The position numbers and the translations under genes are program-made. Positions 8,817 through 19,521 of a stretch of DNA of 64,000 bases are shown here, one piece after another. This DNA comes from a virus, in IMG/VR virus record IMGVR_UViG_3300020470_001965, one strand, 5' to 3'. Under the pieces are notes generated by a model, which was not told where the DNA came from, searched no databases, and worked only from the letters and a program-made list of their open reading frames with translations. How positions within the stretch are numbered: the first letter of the stretch is position 1; the number at the start of each line of letters is the position of its first letter.

Positions 8817-11000
8817 ATGACAGCAGGAAAACTAGCCTCGGCAAAACCAGGCGCAACAACAAATACGGTGCTTTATAGGTGTCCGACAACTAAAACTGGT
8901 AGCACAGTATTGAATGTGTGCAATCAGGGAAGCGGTAGTGCTACTTATAGAGCTGCATTGAGAAACTATGACCAAGTTTTACACTTGGATGGTTTAAATA
9001 CCTCAGCATATAAATTCCAGAAGGGTAATCCAGTTAGCGCATATAAACTGACGCTGCTTCCAGGATTACAATTTAGCGGTGCTATACCTGGGACAGAATT
9101 TACAACAACGAATTCCGCATCAGCAAAGATACTTGATGTATTCAAAGCAACTTCGGATGTTACTTATTATGTTGCTGTTAAAGACGTAAGTAGTTTAGCG
9201 TTGGCAGCAGATAGTCTTGCTGGTTCATTTAGTGGTGGTGAGACAGTAACGGGTGCAACTTCAGGATATACGGGTATATTAAGAGGTGACAGTGGCACAG
9301 GTACTGCATTAACGATGGAGTATACTGATGTTGCTAGTGGAGCAACAACATTTAAGGTATCTCGTAACACTGGTCTTGGTGACGGAATGTATCTGACCTT
9401 AGGTCAAGAAGCATCTGCTGATACAGAAGTTGTTACGATTGATGCTAGTGGTATTAATACTTCAAACAATACTCTTACTGTTACACGTGCTAGGTTAGGT
9501 ACAACTGCAAGAGCAATCCCTGGTGGTCTTTCAATCAATGCTTGGTCAGCATCGGCAACGGTAACGACCATTGATGAAGGTGGTACTTATGCTGCTAGTG
9601 ATGCAACTCTAACTGTTGCTGATTCTACTGGATTCATATCTGGTGGTAAAATCCTGATTGATAACGAGATTCTAACCATTGATGCTGTTAACGGTAATGA
9701 CCTAACAGTGCAACGTGGTAGATATGGTACTGCTGACGTTGACCATAACAATGGTGTTAACGTTACTTTACTTACAGATAACGGAGTATACTTAGCAAAC
9801 TATTGGACAGAAGGAGAGAATATTACTGGTGGTACTTCTAATGCATCTGCCACAGTTGATTTCCCTGTATCTACACAAGCATTAATCGAGACAAAGTATG
9901 TCTTGTCTGATACTGGTGTTAATGGCACTGACCATACCCTAAGGACTAACGTCCAAATGACACAGGGTAGGACATATATCTTTAACTTAGAGAATGCTAC
10001 TTGTAATAACCATCCGTTAAAATTCTCATCTGATGATGCAGATGGTCCTAACGGGTCAGGTACTGAATATACCTCAGGTGTTAGTAAGGTAGGTACCGCT
10101 GGTACATCTGGAGCATATACATCTATTGAGGTAACAACATCAACAGAAGTTTCGATGTTTGCCTACGCAGATGGCACACCTGCTGGATCAACTACTGGAA
10201 GAGGTTTTGGAGTCCAGGTACAGTTTGACCCAGTATATGCAGATATCTACATCTATGATGTAGAAGGAGAAGCGTTGGTTGCTGGTGATACATTTACTAT
10301 CAATAATGTTACTCAGACTATTCAACCAAACGGTGTAACTCCTGGACCATATGGATATGTCCAAGCATTCGATGCATCACAATGTCACTTAATGGTTTCA
10401 TTGGGAGAAGGATCACAAGCATTTGCTGCTAATGATGAATTCTATGACAACCCTACACTGAATAATGGTACTCGTACCATGTGTAAGGCAGTCACTGGTA
10501 AAGCATTGACATTAGGATCTCCTAGTGCTGCTGATGCATCAAGGACAGCAGGTACATACACCAATATATCACCTAACTCAACAGGTGGTTCTGGAGACCT
10601 AACAACTACTAAAGTAACTGTAGTGGTTGATGGATCTGGAGCAGCAACTATTACCCTACTCAATGGTGGGTTTGGACATGCTGCATCTGACACTTTAACT
10701 ATCAATGACTCACAACTTGGTGGTGGAGGTGGTGCTAACTTGACAGTTGATGTTTCAACAATTAGCACAGCAATACACACGGATCAAACAACTGTGTATT
10801 CCGATAGTGAGTGGATATTCTACGATAAAGCTATCGCAACCAAGGTAACTGATAAGAATACAAGTATTGTTGTTGGTCCTGGAGAAAATCTGTTGGTGTA
10901 TTCCTCAGCAGCAGACCTTAGTTATGTTGTCAATGGGTTTGAAACAGCGTCTGAAGATTTCCTAGTACTCAATATGAGCAAGGTAAACGTAGGCGGGTAA
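8817..11000 (+). CDS. Virion structural protein
   Basis: Thr/Gly/Ser-rich beta-repeat protein, 727 aa, within the late block. Confidence 0.8.
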   Translation: MTAGKLASAKPGATTNTVLYRCPTTKTGSTVLNVCNQGSGSATYRAALRNYDQVLHLDGLNTSAYKFQKGNPVSAYKLTLLPGLQFSGAIPGTEFTTTNSASAKILDVFKATSDVTYYVAVKDVSSLALAADSLAGSFSGGETVTGATSGYTGILRGDSGTGTALTMEYTDVASGATTFKVSRNTGLGDGMYLTLGQEASADTEVVTIDASGINTSNNTLTVTRARLGTTARAIPGGLSINAWSASATVTTIDEGGTYAASDATLTVADSTGFISGGKILIDNEILTIDAVNGNDLTVQRGRYGTADVDHNNGVNVTLLTDNGVYLANYWTEGENITGGTSNASATVDFPVSTQALIETKYVLSDTGVNGTDHTLRTNVQMTQGRTYIFNLENATCNNHPLKFSSDDADGPNGSGTEYTSGVSKVGTAGTSGAYTSIEVTTSTEVSMFAYADGTPAGSTTGRGFGVQVQFDPVYADIYIYDVEGEALVAGDTFTINNVTQTIQPNGVTPGPYGYVQAFDASQCHLMVSLGEGSQAFAANDEFYDNPTLNNGTRTMCKAVTGKALTLGSPSAADASRTAGTYTNISPNSTGGSGDLTTTKVTVVVDGSGAATITLLNGGFGHAASDTLTINDSQLGGGGGANLTVDVSTISTAIHTDQTTVYSDSEWIFYDKAIATKVTDKNTSIVVGPGENLLVYSSAADLSYVVNGFETASEDFLVLNMSKVNVGG

Positions 11001-11037
11001 TTAGCCCCAATAAATATATCAGTAGGACTCCTAATCA

Positions 11038-14000
11038 ATGGCACTTACTCGTCTTAAAAATATCATCACGTCGAGGACTGGACGTATTATCTACGTCAAC
11101 CCCGACGATTTTGATGCATCGGATGCTTATGATAACCGAGGTAACTCTGCATTGCGTCCATTTAAGACGTTGCAACGTGCATTCCTTGAAGTAGCAAGAT
11201 TTTCATATAGAGTTGGTCTTTCAAACGACGAATTCGACGCATTCTCCATATATCTCTACCCATCTGAGTATGTGGTAGACAACAGACCAGGTTTATCTGA
11301 CTATAATCAGATACAACCATTTAATGAGAATACTAACTTTGATCTCACCTCAGCTGCTAACGAATTGTATAAATTCAATTCGACTCGTGGTGGTGTTATC
11401 GTCCCCAGAGGTTGTTCTGTTGTTGGATCAGACCTTAGAAGAACGAAAATTACACCTAAGTATGTACCTTATCCTACAGTACAAGGATCCCTGGGAATAA
11501 CTGCTGCTAACGAACCCCTACCATCTGCTATATTCAAACTTACTGGTGGTTGCTATTTCTGGCAACAATCATTCTTTGATGGTGATAGCACAGGGGTATA
11601 CTATCGTGATGACTTATCACAGATAGCTCCAAACTTCTCACATCACAAACTAACGTGTTTTGAGTTTGCGAATGTAGAAGACTTAGAATTATATTACCAG
11701 AAGATATCCAAAGGATACGCTGTTATACCAGATACCTCAGGTATTGTTGCACAAGACCAGATGCAACCAAGGGTTGAGGAAAACAGAATCGTTGGTCCAA
11801 TTTCTGATGAATTCGCTGTATCACAGATTATCAGAAATGGACAAACTGCGACTGCTTTTACAGTCGATGAACTTGGCAACCCGAAGAATCATGGATTCTC
11901 CGTGGGTGTCGCTGTTAATATATCTGGCGTTACTGGTCCTACTGACCAAGACGCTCTCCTCTATAATGGATCATTCTTGGTAACATCTGCACAAGGTAAC
12001 CAATTCACCTATCAGATGTCTGCCGAGCCTTCAGGTAATGCACTAGGCAATAACATACTCGTCAAAGTCGAGATTGATACGGTTGATAGTGCCTCTCCAT
12101 ACGTCTTTAACTGTTCCCTACGCTCTGTATGGGGAATTAACGGGATGCATGCTGATGGTAGCCAAGCCACAGGTTTCAAATCGATGGTTGTTGCCCAGTT
12201 TACGGGTATATCGCTACAGAAAGATGACCGAGCGTTCGTACTTTACAACCAGAGCACTGGAGCATATGAGGCCCAAGCTGCGGGAAGCGGTGCTCACATT
12301 AATGGACTCGCCAAATACCGAAAAGGATGGCGACATCGACACATCAAAGCCTCGAATGACGCTTTCATTCAGGTCGTTAGTGTATTCGCTGTGGGCTTCG
12401 GTGACCACTTCTTCTCCGACTCAGGAGGAGACCTCTCAATCACTAACTCAAACTCAAACTTCGGAAACACTTCTCTCCGATCTAAGGGCTTTAAGGCAGC
12501 AGCATTTACGAAGGATAAAGCGGGTCAAATCACGCACGTCATCCCGCCTAAAGACCTGAGTGATGTTGATGAGATATCAATTAACTGGGTTACAGTTGAT
12601 ATCACTAAGACACGAAGTGTTGCAGACCCAACAAAACTATTCCTCTACGGATATACTGTAGAGACAGGCCGACCACCGAGCAAAGTACAGGGATATACTG
12701 TAGGTGCTAGACGTGATGACGTTAACACCCCAGATCGCCTATATGTGCTCTTGATTGCCAGTGGTGCGTCTGAACCAACTACTCATTATGCTGAGATTAA
12801 TCCATCTGGTACATCTGTAACAGGTACTAGAGCAGGTGATGATGATTCACCACTCAAGTGGGATAGTAGTAACAACCAGTGGTATCTACAGGTTGATGGT
12901 AATGCTAATACCATATACACTACACTACAGGCAAACAGTCTGTATCAGAACCTAGGATTTACTCCTACTACATTCATCCGAAGGGTACCCGATGCTAGAA
13001 ACTTGGTTGACAGGATTTACAGGTACCGCTATGTTTTGGACAAGGATGCATTCCCTGTACCAAGAGAGCCTATCACAGGTTTTGTTATCCAACCACGAAG
13101 TAGTGAAACAAACAGTCCAGCATATACCAAGACATATTACGTTTACGCTGTAGAGACACACCAGACATTTGAGAGAGGTGTGACTGACGGTGTATATTAT
13201 TTGACGTTATTGAATGCTTCAGTAGCACCATCAACGTCAAACTTTAATGATTTTGCATTCTCACAGGCAACAGTAGATTTGTATCCTGCATTTGACAGAG
13301 ATAACCCAGTTGCTGACCCTGCTGCATCTGTATCGATAGCAGATAACGAGACACTAGGTGTGGTTACCACTACAGATGGTGCATCACCTACTCCTAATGA
13401 GGATACTCAGAGGTCAATTACTAAAGAAACCTCACAGTTCTTCTTGTTAGAAGCAGAGAATAACCTAGGATATAACACTACATCCAATGTATTGAATGGT
13501 ATCAGTGTTACATCAAGACTAGGTGAAGCAGAAGACCGTAAGATTCCACTGAAGTTGAATGCTGATAACTCAGTACAACCTCTACTCTGTGAGTTACGAA
13601 GATACTCAATTCTCAGAGCATCAGGTCACACGTTTGAGTATCTTGGATTTGGTCCAGGTAACTACTCAACAGCATTCCCATCTACACAGGTAGAAGTATT
13701 ATCACCAGCAGCAGTTAGACTATCACAGTCACTGAAAGAAGGAGCAGGTGTTGCATACTACTCTGGTGTAAACAGTGATGGTGAGTTATTTGTTGGTAAC
13801 CAGGTCATTAACCCTGTTACTGGTCAGATAACTAACGAAGATATTGCTCAACTTAATGTGTTGGGTGAAGAAGGAACAACGATTGAAACCTTCTCAGAGA
13901 TTGTGCTTACCGATAAACTAACAGTTATTGGTGGTGCATCTAACCAGTTAGAATCAGTATTCTCTGGTCCTGTTACATTCCAGAAGAAAGTAACATCACA

Positions 14001-14610
14001 GGATACGATTCAAACACTCAATATGACCTATTCTAACGAGGATGGCACAGTGTTGAGAAACACTTTCCTCGCTGAAGATGATGGTACTGGTACTCCTACC
14101 ATAACTGGTAGTGCTGCATTTAACAGTGGAGATATTGCCTATAATATTGATTGGACTCCTGGTACATTCTTAGGATGGATATATGATACTGGCACTTGGT
14201 ACAAGTTTGGACTGAGTGACACTGCACCTATAACATCTAACAGATATGCAGGTGTAACTCATTATGGTATTGGTGAAGCACCAGATGCAAACAATAGAAT
14301 GAAGATCACAGGTAACGTGAAGGTTACAGGTGATATTGATGTAACTGGTAAGTATGGTTGCGCTGATAAGTATTCTCTCGCAACAGGTGTGAACCTAGGT
14401 AATAATGGGGTTATGTATGCTGGAAATGGGTCAACGACTACGTTTGCTATTTCACCAGGACATAATCAACATTCTGTTTTTGTATTCCTCAATGGTGTAT
14501 GCCAACGACCTGGTACTGATTATACTGTGACTGCTAACGCTGTTGATTTCAGCATTGGCACTACTCCCCAAACAGGAGATAACATCATGATACGTGAATT
14601 AGTTATCTAA
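11038..14610 (+). CDS. Virion structural / tail fibre-like protein
   Basis: MALTRLKNII...IYVNPDDFDASD...RPFKTLQRA N-terminus typical of cyanomyovirus fibre-like proteins; C-terminal VFVFLNGVCQRPGTDY domain; late promoter at 11010. Confidence 0.85.
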   Translation: MALTRLKNIITSRTGRIIYVNPDDFDASDAYDNRGNSALRPFKTLQRAFLEVARFSYRVGLSNDEFDAFSIYLYPSEYVVDNRPGLSDYNQIQPFNENTNFDLTSAANELYKFNSTRGGVIVPRGCSVVGSDLRRTKITPKYVPYPTVQGSLGITAANEPLPSAIFKLTGGCYFWQQSFFDGDSTGVYYRDDLSQIAPNFSHHKLTCFEFANVEDLELYYQKISKGYAVIPDTSGIVAQDQMQPRVEENRIVGPISDEFAVSQIIRNGQTATAFTVDELGNPKNHGFSVGVAVNISGVTGPTDQDALLYNGSFLVTSAQGNQFTYQMSAEPSGNALGNNILVKVEIDTVDSASPYVFNCSLRSVWGINGMHADGSQATGFKSMVVAQFTGISLQKDDRAFVLYNQSTGAYEAQAAGSGAHINGLAKYRKGWRHRHIKASNDAFIQVVSVFAVGFGDHFFSDSGGDLSITNSNSNFGNTSLRSKGFKAAAFTKDKAGQITHVIPPKDLSDVDEISINWVTVDITKTRSVADPTKLFLYGYTVETGRPPSKVQGYTVGARRDDVNTPDRLYVLLIASGASEPTTHYAEINPSGTSVTGTRAGDDDSPLKWDSSNNQWYLQVDGNANTIYTTLQANSLYQNLGFTPTTFIRRVPDARNLVDRIYRYRYVLDKDAFPVPREPITGFVIQPRSSETNSPAYTKTYYVYAVETHQTFERGVTDGVYYLTLLNASVAPSTSNFNDFAFSQATVDLYPAFDRDNPVADPAASVSIADNETLGVVTTTDGASPTPNEDTQRSITKETSQFFLLEAENNLGYNTTSNVLNGISVTSRLGEAEDRKIPLKLNADNSVQPLLCELRRYSILRASGHTFEYLGFGPGNYSTAFPSTQVEVLSPAAVRLSQSLKEGAGVAYYSGVNSDGELFVGNQVINPVTGQITNEDIAQLNVLGEEGTTIETFSEIVLTDKLTVIGGASNQLESVFSGPVTFQKKVTSQDTIQTLNMTYSNEDGTVLRNTFLAEDDGTGTPTITGSAAFNSGDIAYNIDWTPGTFLGWIYDTGTWYKFGLSDTAPITSNRYAGVTHYGIGEAPDANNRMKITGNVKVTGDIDVTGKYGCADKYSLATGVNLGNNGVMYAGNGSTTTFAISPGHNQHSVFVFLNGVCQRPGTDYTVTANAVDFSIGTTPQTGDNIMIRELVI

Positions 14611-14640
14611 AATAAATAGTATTAATAGGGGATATACCAC

Positions 14641-15498
14641 ATGTCCACAAAGATTATAGGAAATCAGATTGATGCCACTACACGTGCCATCATGGAAGCA
14701 CTGCAAGTTACAGAGCAACTGAACCTTCCTAGTCTCAACCAAACTCAAGTAACTGCATTAGGCACACCTGCCTATGGTACTTTGGTGTACAATAGTACAG
14801 AGGACATGGCGCAGATCTACAAAGCAGATGCTGCTCAAGGTGTGCCAGGTTGGACAGACGTAGGTGGAGGTGGTCCTTCAGTTGGTGAGAATAGTATCAT
14901 CAGGACTAACGGTCCTGAGATAGCAGAAAATTTAACTATAGGTCCAACTGCTAACGGTGGTGCTGAGTTTACCAACGGTTTCAGTGGAGGTCCAATAACG
15001 ATTGCAAACGGTTTCACGGTCACGGTTGAAAATGGTGCTAACTGGGTCATCATCGGTGGTGACGATATGGCAATCATGGAAGTTTCCGAAGTTATTACAG
15101 GTGATTTAACTTCGACAGGATTTTTACATTACTCAGAGACGAAAGAGAGCATAACATTTTATGATTCTTCGGGTAATATAACACACGATTTCGAGAATAA
15201 TAACACTATTTGGGTAAGAAAGACAGGTGGTGGTAACTGGACATTGAGTCTAAATAACGTTCCAGGTGACTCTGCTGGTTATGGATTTACTACTATTATA
15301 GAAGATGCAGGTGGTAACGGTATACCATCCTCTGTTAATATCAATGGTACAAATACAACAATTAACTGGGCAGGAGGGTCAGCACCAGGTCATAGCGGTG
15401 GTGAAATTTGTGTAGTTTCTTTTGCTATTATTAAAAAATCTGCAACAGGACAAAACGTCACCTATACGATATTAGGATCTGGTTCTAATTATAGTTAA
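14641..15498 (+). CDS. Tail fibre-like protein
   Basis: LPSLNQTQ...GTLVYNST; GPSVGENSIIRTN...GPITIANGFTVTV; INWAGGSAP C-terminal module; late promoter at 14612. Confidence 0.75.
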   Translation: MSTKIIGNQIDATTRAIMEALQVTEQLNLPSLNQTQVTALGTPAYGTLVYNSTEDMAQIYKADAAQGVPGWTDVGGGGPSVGENSIIRTNGPEIAENLTIGPTANGGAEFTNGFSGGPITIANGFTVTVENGANWVIIGGDDMAIMEVSEVITGDLTSTGFLHYSETKESITFYDSSGNITHDFENNNTIWVRKTGGGNWTLSLNNVPGDSAGYGFTTIIEDAGGNGIPSSVNINGTNTTINWAGGSAPGHSGGEICVVSFAIIKKSATGQNVTYTILGSGSNYS

Positions 15499-15507
15499 GG
15501 AGGTGAA

Positions 15508-16311
15508 GTGATGCCTAAGTTTGGAATGTCAGGACAATTTACTCCAACTTCTTCTGGACCTCGTGCGTCTGGTGGAGGTTCTGGAGGAGGCGGTGGTGGT
15601 GGAGCACCACTAGGTTCAGCATCTAATCCTGCATCCTCAGCAGCACAGATGTATAATGCTGGAGAGAGATCTTCAGGTGTATATTATATTGATCTACCCT
15701 CTGTTGGTGTCCGACAAACCTATTGTGAGATGGGTAGTGGTTGGGCAGGAGGTGGTGGATGGATGCTTGCATGGAAATGTACTAGAGGTAGTAGATTTAA
15801 CTGGAGCTCTAGTTATTGGAGTAATGCTAACACATATAATACTGGTGCTCTCAACAGAAATGATGAGGATGCCAAGTTTGATGTGTTCAACTACTACACT
15901 GCCAGTTCATTCTTAGCAATCTTCCCTGATCTAAATACTGGTGGACAGACTTCTGGATATGGTAGTGGTTGGTCTTGGTTGAAGACTGGAGAGAATAGGA
16001 CATGTTTGTCAAGATTCCAGTCACAGTCACAGATTTCAGGTAACCCACGTGGTCAGAATATGTGGCAAGGTAGTGGATTCTCATCTCAAGGTGGTTTCCA
16101 GTGGTACGGTTTCTACTATACTGGTGGTGGTCACTCATCCGAAGTTAGGTGGGGATTTGGTTGGAATAATGAAGGTGGTCCTGGATCAAATGATGTGGTA
16201 AGTGGAATTGGTACCAACCGAGCAGGTACATCAGCAGGTGATCACATCTGGTGTTGTCAAAACCATACTGGTGTAAATAGAAGTATAAGAGCAGAGATTT
16301 GGGTACGATGA
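15508..16311 (+). CDS. Fibrinogen-C-like/lectin-like fibre-associated protein
   Basis: LGSASNPASSA...SGVYYID...TYCEM...GGGWMLAWK pattern; SD AAGGAGG upstream. Confidence 0.7.
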   Translation: MMPKFGMSGQFTPTSSGPRASGGGSGGGGGGGAPLGSASNPASSAAQMYNAGERSSGVYYIDLPSVGVRQTYCEMGSGWAGGGGWMLAWKCTRGSRFNWSSSYWSNANTYNTGALNRNDEDAKFDVFNYYTASSFLAIFPDLNTGGQTSGYGSGWSWLKTGENRTCLSRFQSQSQISGNPRGQNMWQGSGFSSQGGFQWYGFYYTGGGHSSEVRWGFGWNNEGGPGSNDVVSGIGTNRAGTSAGDHIWCCQNHTGVNRSIRAEIWVR

Positions 16312-16571
16312 CAGTATACGAAAACTACATCGAATTTGCTAAACGTGAGATAGGAACATCCCTAGGTGCTCATGTATCTGACTATGCTAAGAAAGTTGTA
16401 GAGGAAGCAGAGAAACTCAAAGCAGGCACTATAACTAAAGATGAGTTCAGAGCAGCAACACCTTATCTCGATGATAATAACCTTGACTTAGCACATGCTA
16501 GGACTGCAAGGGATCAACGTATGGGTATCAATTATCTTAGAGATAGGATAGTAGACTGGTATCCGAACTAA
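16308..16571 (+). CDS. hypothetical protein (possible fibre chaperone)
   Basis: ATGA-coupled MTVYENYIEFAKREIG... Confidence 0.65.
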   Translation: MTVYENYIEFAKREIGTSLGAHVSDYAKKVVEEAEKLKAGTITKDEFRAATPYLDDNNLDLAHARTARDQRMGINYLRDRIVDWYPN

Positions 16572-16601
16572 TATAAATAAAACAGGAGATTTAAGAGAAG
16601 C

Positions 16602-17411
16602 ATGGCACAGTTAAACGTTGGTGCTATTAAGGATTTAGGAGGTATTGGTGGATTTACCTTATCTTCTGGTGGCGTAACGGCAAACGGCACACTGAATGTC
16701 ACTAATCTTAAAGTTGATGGCACTATTTCAGGGTCGTCAAATTATCTAATTCCTAATCCGTCAGGTAATGCAAATAAGTATCTTTCTACGGATGGGTCAA
16801 ACTTAACATGGGCAGAGGTTTCAACCAATGCTGGTGTTAGGTCTATGCAAGTATGGACCTCTAACGGTACTTGGTATCGACCAAGTGGTGTTAAAACCAT
16901 CAATGTCACCGTAACAGGTGCAGGTGGAGGTGGATCTGGTTTCTGCGAATCGGGTGGTTCAGGTGGAACTGCTCAGAGACAGGTGGATGTTACTAATGTT
17001 TCATCAGTTTCAGTCTCAGTAGGAAATCCAGGTGGAGGGTCTAACTATTCAGGTTGCGGTGGCAACGGCAATACTACTAGCTTTGGCGGGTACTGTAGTG
17101 CTAGCGGAGGTTACGGAGCAAACTGTCGTCAGCAACACGCAGGTGGAATCGGTGGTAATGGATCTGGTGGGTCACTCAACGTATATGGTGGAGGAGGTAA
17201 CGGACACGGTTCTTACCACTCTTATGGTAACCATTCCTCTGGAAGAGGATATTGGGGTGGAGGTCAACCAGCGTCTCACGCTCAAAGAAACTATGGACAC
17301 CATCACCAAGGGCATGCTGCCTGGGGTGCTGGAGGAAATGGAGCAAGAGAGGGCAACAGAGGTGCTGCTGGAAGACAAGGAGTGGTCGTTATTCATGAAT
17401 ATTACGGATAA
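16602..17411 (+). CDS. Gly/His-rich tail fibre tip/adhesin-like protein, paralogue 1
   Basis: RSMQVWTSNGTW.RP.GVK.I.VTVTGAGGGG...GVVVIHEYYG; late promoter at 16572. Confidence 0.8.
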   Translation: MAQLNVGAIKDLGGIGGFTLSSGGVTANGTLNVTNLKVDGTISGSSNYLIPNPSGNANKYLSTDGSNLTWAEVSTNAGVRSMQVWTSNGTWYRPSGVKTINVTVTGAGGGGSGFCESGGSGGTAQRQVDVTNVSSVSVSVGNPGGGSNYSGCGGNGNTTSFGGYCSASGGYGANCRQQHAGGIGGNGSGGSLNVYGGGGNGHGSYHSYGNHSSGRGYWGGGQPASHAQRNYGHHHQGHAAWGAGGNGAREGNRGAAGRQGVVVIHEYYG

Positions 17412-17419
17412 ATACTAAC

Positions 17420-18229
17420 ATGTCACAGATTAAAGTATCATCTATAATGGATTTGACTGGTGCTAAGGGTTTCACCCTTGGTGGCGGTGGTATTGCCACG
17501 ACTGGTACTCTGACTGTTTCCAACTTGGTTATAAATGGTGAATTGTATGGAGAGTCGAATTATATAATTCCAGCACAAGGTGGTAACGCAGACAAATATA
17601 TTAAATCTAATGGCACTAACCTAGAATGGTCAGAAGTTTCTGGTGGTGCTGGTATCAGGTCCATGCAAGTCTGGACATCTAACGGGACTTGGAATAGACC
17701 AACAGGAGTTAAATCTATCATCGTAACTGTAACAGGTGCAGGTGGTGGAGGTTCAGGATATACTGAATCAGCAGGTGCAGGAGGCACCTCAGAAAGAGTA
17801 ATTGACGTAACTAATACTTCATCGGTATCAGTTTCAGTCGGCAACCCAGGTGGTGGTTCAAACTACTCAGGTTGTGGAGGCAACGGCGGTACATCTTCCT
17901 TTGGAGGTTGGTGCTCTGCTTCTGGAGGATATGGTGCTAACTGTAGGCAGCAGCATGCAGGTGGCATTGGAGGTAATGGTTCAGGTGGTAACTTGAACAT
18001 CTATGGTGGAGGTGGTAACGGTCACGGATCTCACCACTCTTACGCTAACCATACTTCAGGATCCTCAATGTATGGTAATGCACAACCTGCATCTCATGGA
18101 CAGCGGGACTATGCCCATAGGCATCAATCTCACGCAGCATGGGGATCAGGTGGTAACGGAGCACAGCACGGAGGTCGTGGTGCTAGAGGTCGTGAAGGTG
18201 TTGTCGTTGTACAGGAGTTTTACGGATGA
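17420..18229 (+). CDS. Gly/His-rich tail fibre tip/adhesin-like protein, paralogue 2
   Basis: Near-identical C-terminal domain to paralogues 1 and 3; late promoter at 17408. Confidence 0.8.
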   Translation: MSQIKVSSIMDLTGAKGFTLGGGGIATTGTLTVSNLVINGELYGESNYIIPAQGGNADKYIKSNGTNLEWSEVSGGAGIRSMQVWTSNGTWNRPTGVKSIIVTVTGAGGGGSGYTESAGAGGTSERVIDVTNTSSVSVSVGNPGGGSNYSGCGGNGGTSSFGGWCSASGGYGANCRQQHAGGIGGNGSGGNLNIYGGGGNGHGSHHSYANHTSGSSMYGNAQPASHGQRDYAHRHQSHAAWGSGGNGAQHGGRGARGREGVVVVQEFYG

Positions 18230-19038
18230 GCGTTCTTAAAGTATCTGGTTGTAGAGACATTGCTGGACTTGGTGGATTCGATTTTGCCTCAGGTTCAATT
18301 ACTGCACGTTCAACCCTAAAAGTAAATGATATAAACATCAACGGAACTATTTCTGGTTCGTCCAATCACATCATACCTAGTATGAGTGGACAATCAGGCA
18401 AATTCTTGTCTACTAATGGTACCAACCTACAATGGGTACAAGGTGCTGGTGGTACGGCAGGTATGAGGTCTATGCAAGTATGGACTTCAAATGGCACGTG
18501 GAATAGACCTGCTAATTGTAGATCAATTATGGTATCTGTTACAGGTGCTGGAGGAGGCGGGTCAGGTTATACTGAATCAGCAGGTGCTGGTGGTACATCC
18601 CGTCGAGTCATTGATGTTAGCAATACATCATCAGTCTCAGTTTCAGTAGGAAACCCTGGTGGTGGTAGTAACTATTCAGGATGTGGAGGTAATGGTGGAT
18701 CATCTTCCTTCGGAAGTTGGTGCTCTGCCTCAGGTGGATATGGTGCTAACTGTCGTCAACAACACGCTGGAGGCATCGGTGGAAATGGTTCAGGTGGTAA
18801 CCTGAATGTGTATGGTGGAGGTGGTAACGGACATGGTTCGCACCACTCTTATGGAAATCACCAGTCTGGTGCATCATACATGGGTGGTGGACAACCATCA
18901 TCACACGGTCAAAGAGACTATTCTCACAGACATCAATCTCACGCAGCGTGGGGTGCTGGAGGAAACGGGGCTCAGCATGGAGGTCGTGGTGCTAGAGGTC
19001 GGGAAGGCGTAGTAGTCGTTTTTGAATACTACGGTTAA
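18226..19038 (+). CDS. Gly/His-rich tail fibre tip/adhesin-like protein, paralogue 3
   Basis: As above; overlaps the stop of paralogue 2 (ATGA). Confidence 0.8.
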   Translation: MSVLKVSGCRDIAGLGGFDFASGSITARSTLKVNDININGTISGSSNHIIPSMSGQSGKFLSTNGTNLQWVQGAGGTAGMRSMQVWTSNGTWNRPANCRSIMVSVTGAGGGGSGYTESAGAGGTSRRVIDVSNTSSVSVSVGNPGGGSNYSGCGGNGGSSSFGSWCSASGGYGANCRQQHAGGIGGNGSGGNLNVYGGGGNGHGSHHSYGNHQSGASYMGGGQPSSHGQRDYSHRHQSHAAWGAGGNGAQHGGRGARGREGVVVVFEYYG

Positions 19039-19069
19039 CTAAATAAATTTACGGAGATTTATCACTATC

Positions 19070-19492
19070 ATGGCAAAGTACGCTATTGTTAATAAAGAGA
19101 CAGGACAACTGTCAGACATCTGTGACGAGGCAGATAAGTTTGATATCTATGAAGGTGCGGACGCAACTATGAAGTGGTGTGAAGTACCTGATGATACAAC
19201 TTATGAGCACTCTATGATTAATGGAGTCATTGTTCACAGGGACGATACAGAAGATTTAAGAATCAACAAGGAACTTGAAAGGTTGAATGCTTATGGTGAC
19301 ATAGGTAATCAATTAGATATGCAATATAAAGACGCTATTAATGGTACTAATACATGGAGAGACCATGTTGCTAATGTCAAATCATCTATAGCAGCACCAA
19401 GCACTATTGCAGAATTTGTAGAAGATCCTAAAAAGGTACAACTCGAAGGAAGAGCAGCATGGGATCCATGGGTTGACAACTGGGTGCCATAG
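19070..19492 (+). CDS. Putative tail fibre assembly chaperone
   Basis: R..AYGDIGNQLDMQY.D....T.TWRDHVANVK pattern seen in marine phage fibre-associated proteins; follows the fibre genes. Confidence 0.6.
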   Translation: MAKYAIVNKETGQLSDICDEADKFDIYEGADATMKWCEVPDDTTYEHSMINGVIVHRDDTEDLRINKELERLNAYGDIGNQLDMQYKDAINGTNTWRDHVANVKSSIAAPSTIAEFVEDPKKVQLEGRAAWDPWVDNWVP

Positions 19493-19521
19493 TCATATAA
19501 TACATTTGGTCGTATTTTATT

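Noticed and set aside
16602-19038. Diversity-generating retroelement or invertible cassette explaining the three fibre paralogues
   Set aside because: No reverse transcriptase or recombinase in the window; differences are mostly synonymous and not adenine-specific; all copies are intact and co-oriented.
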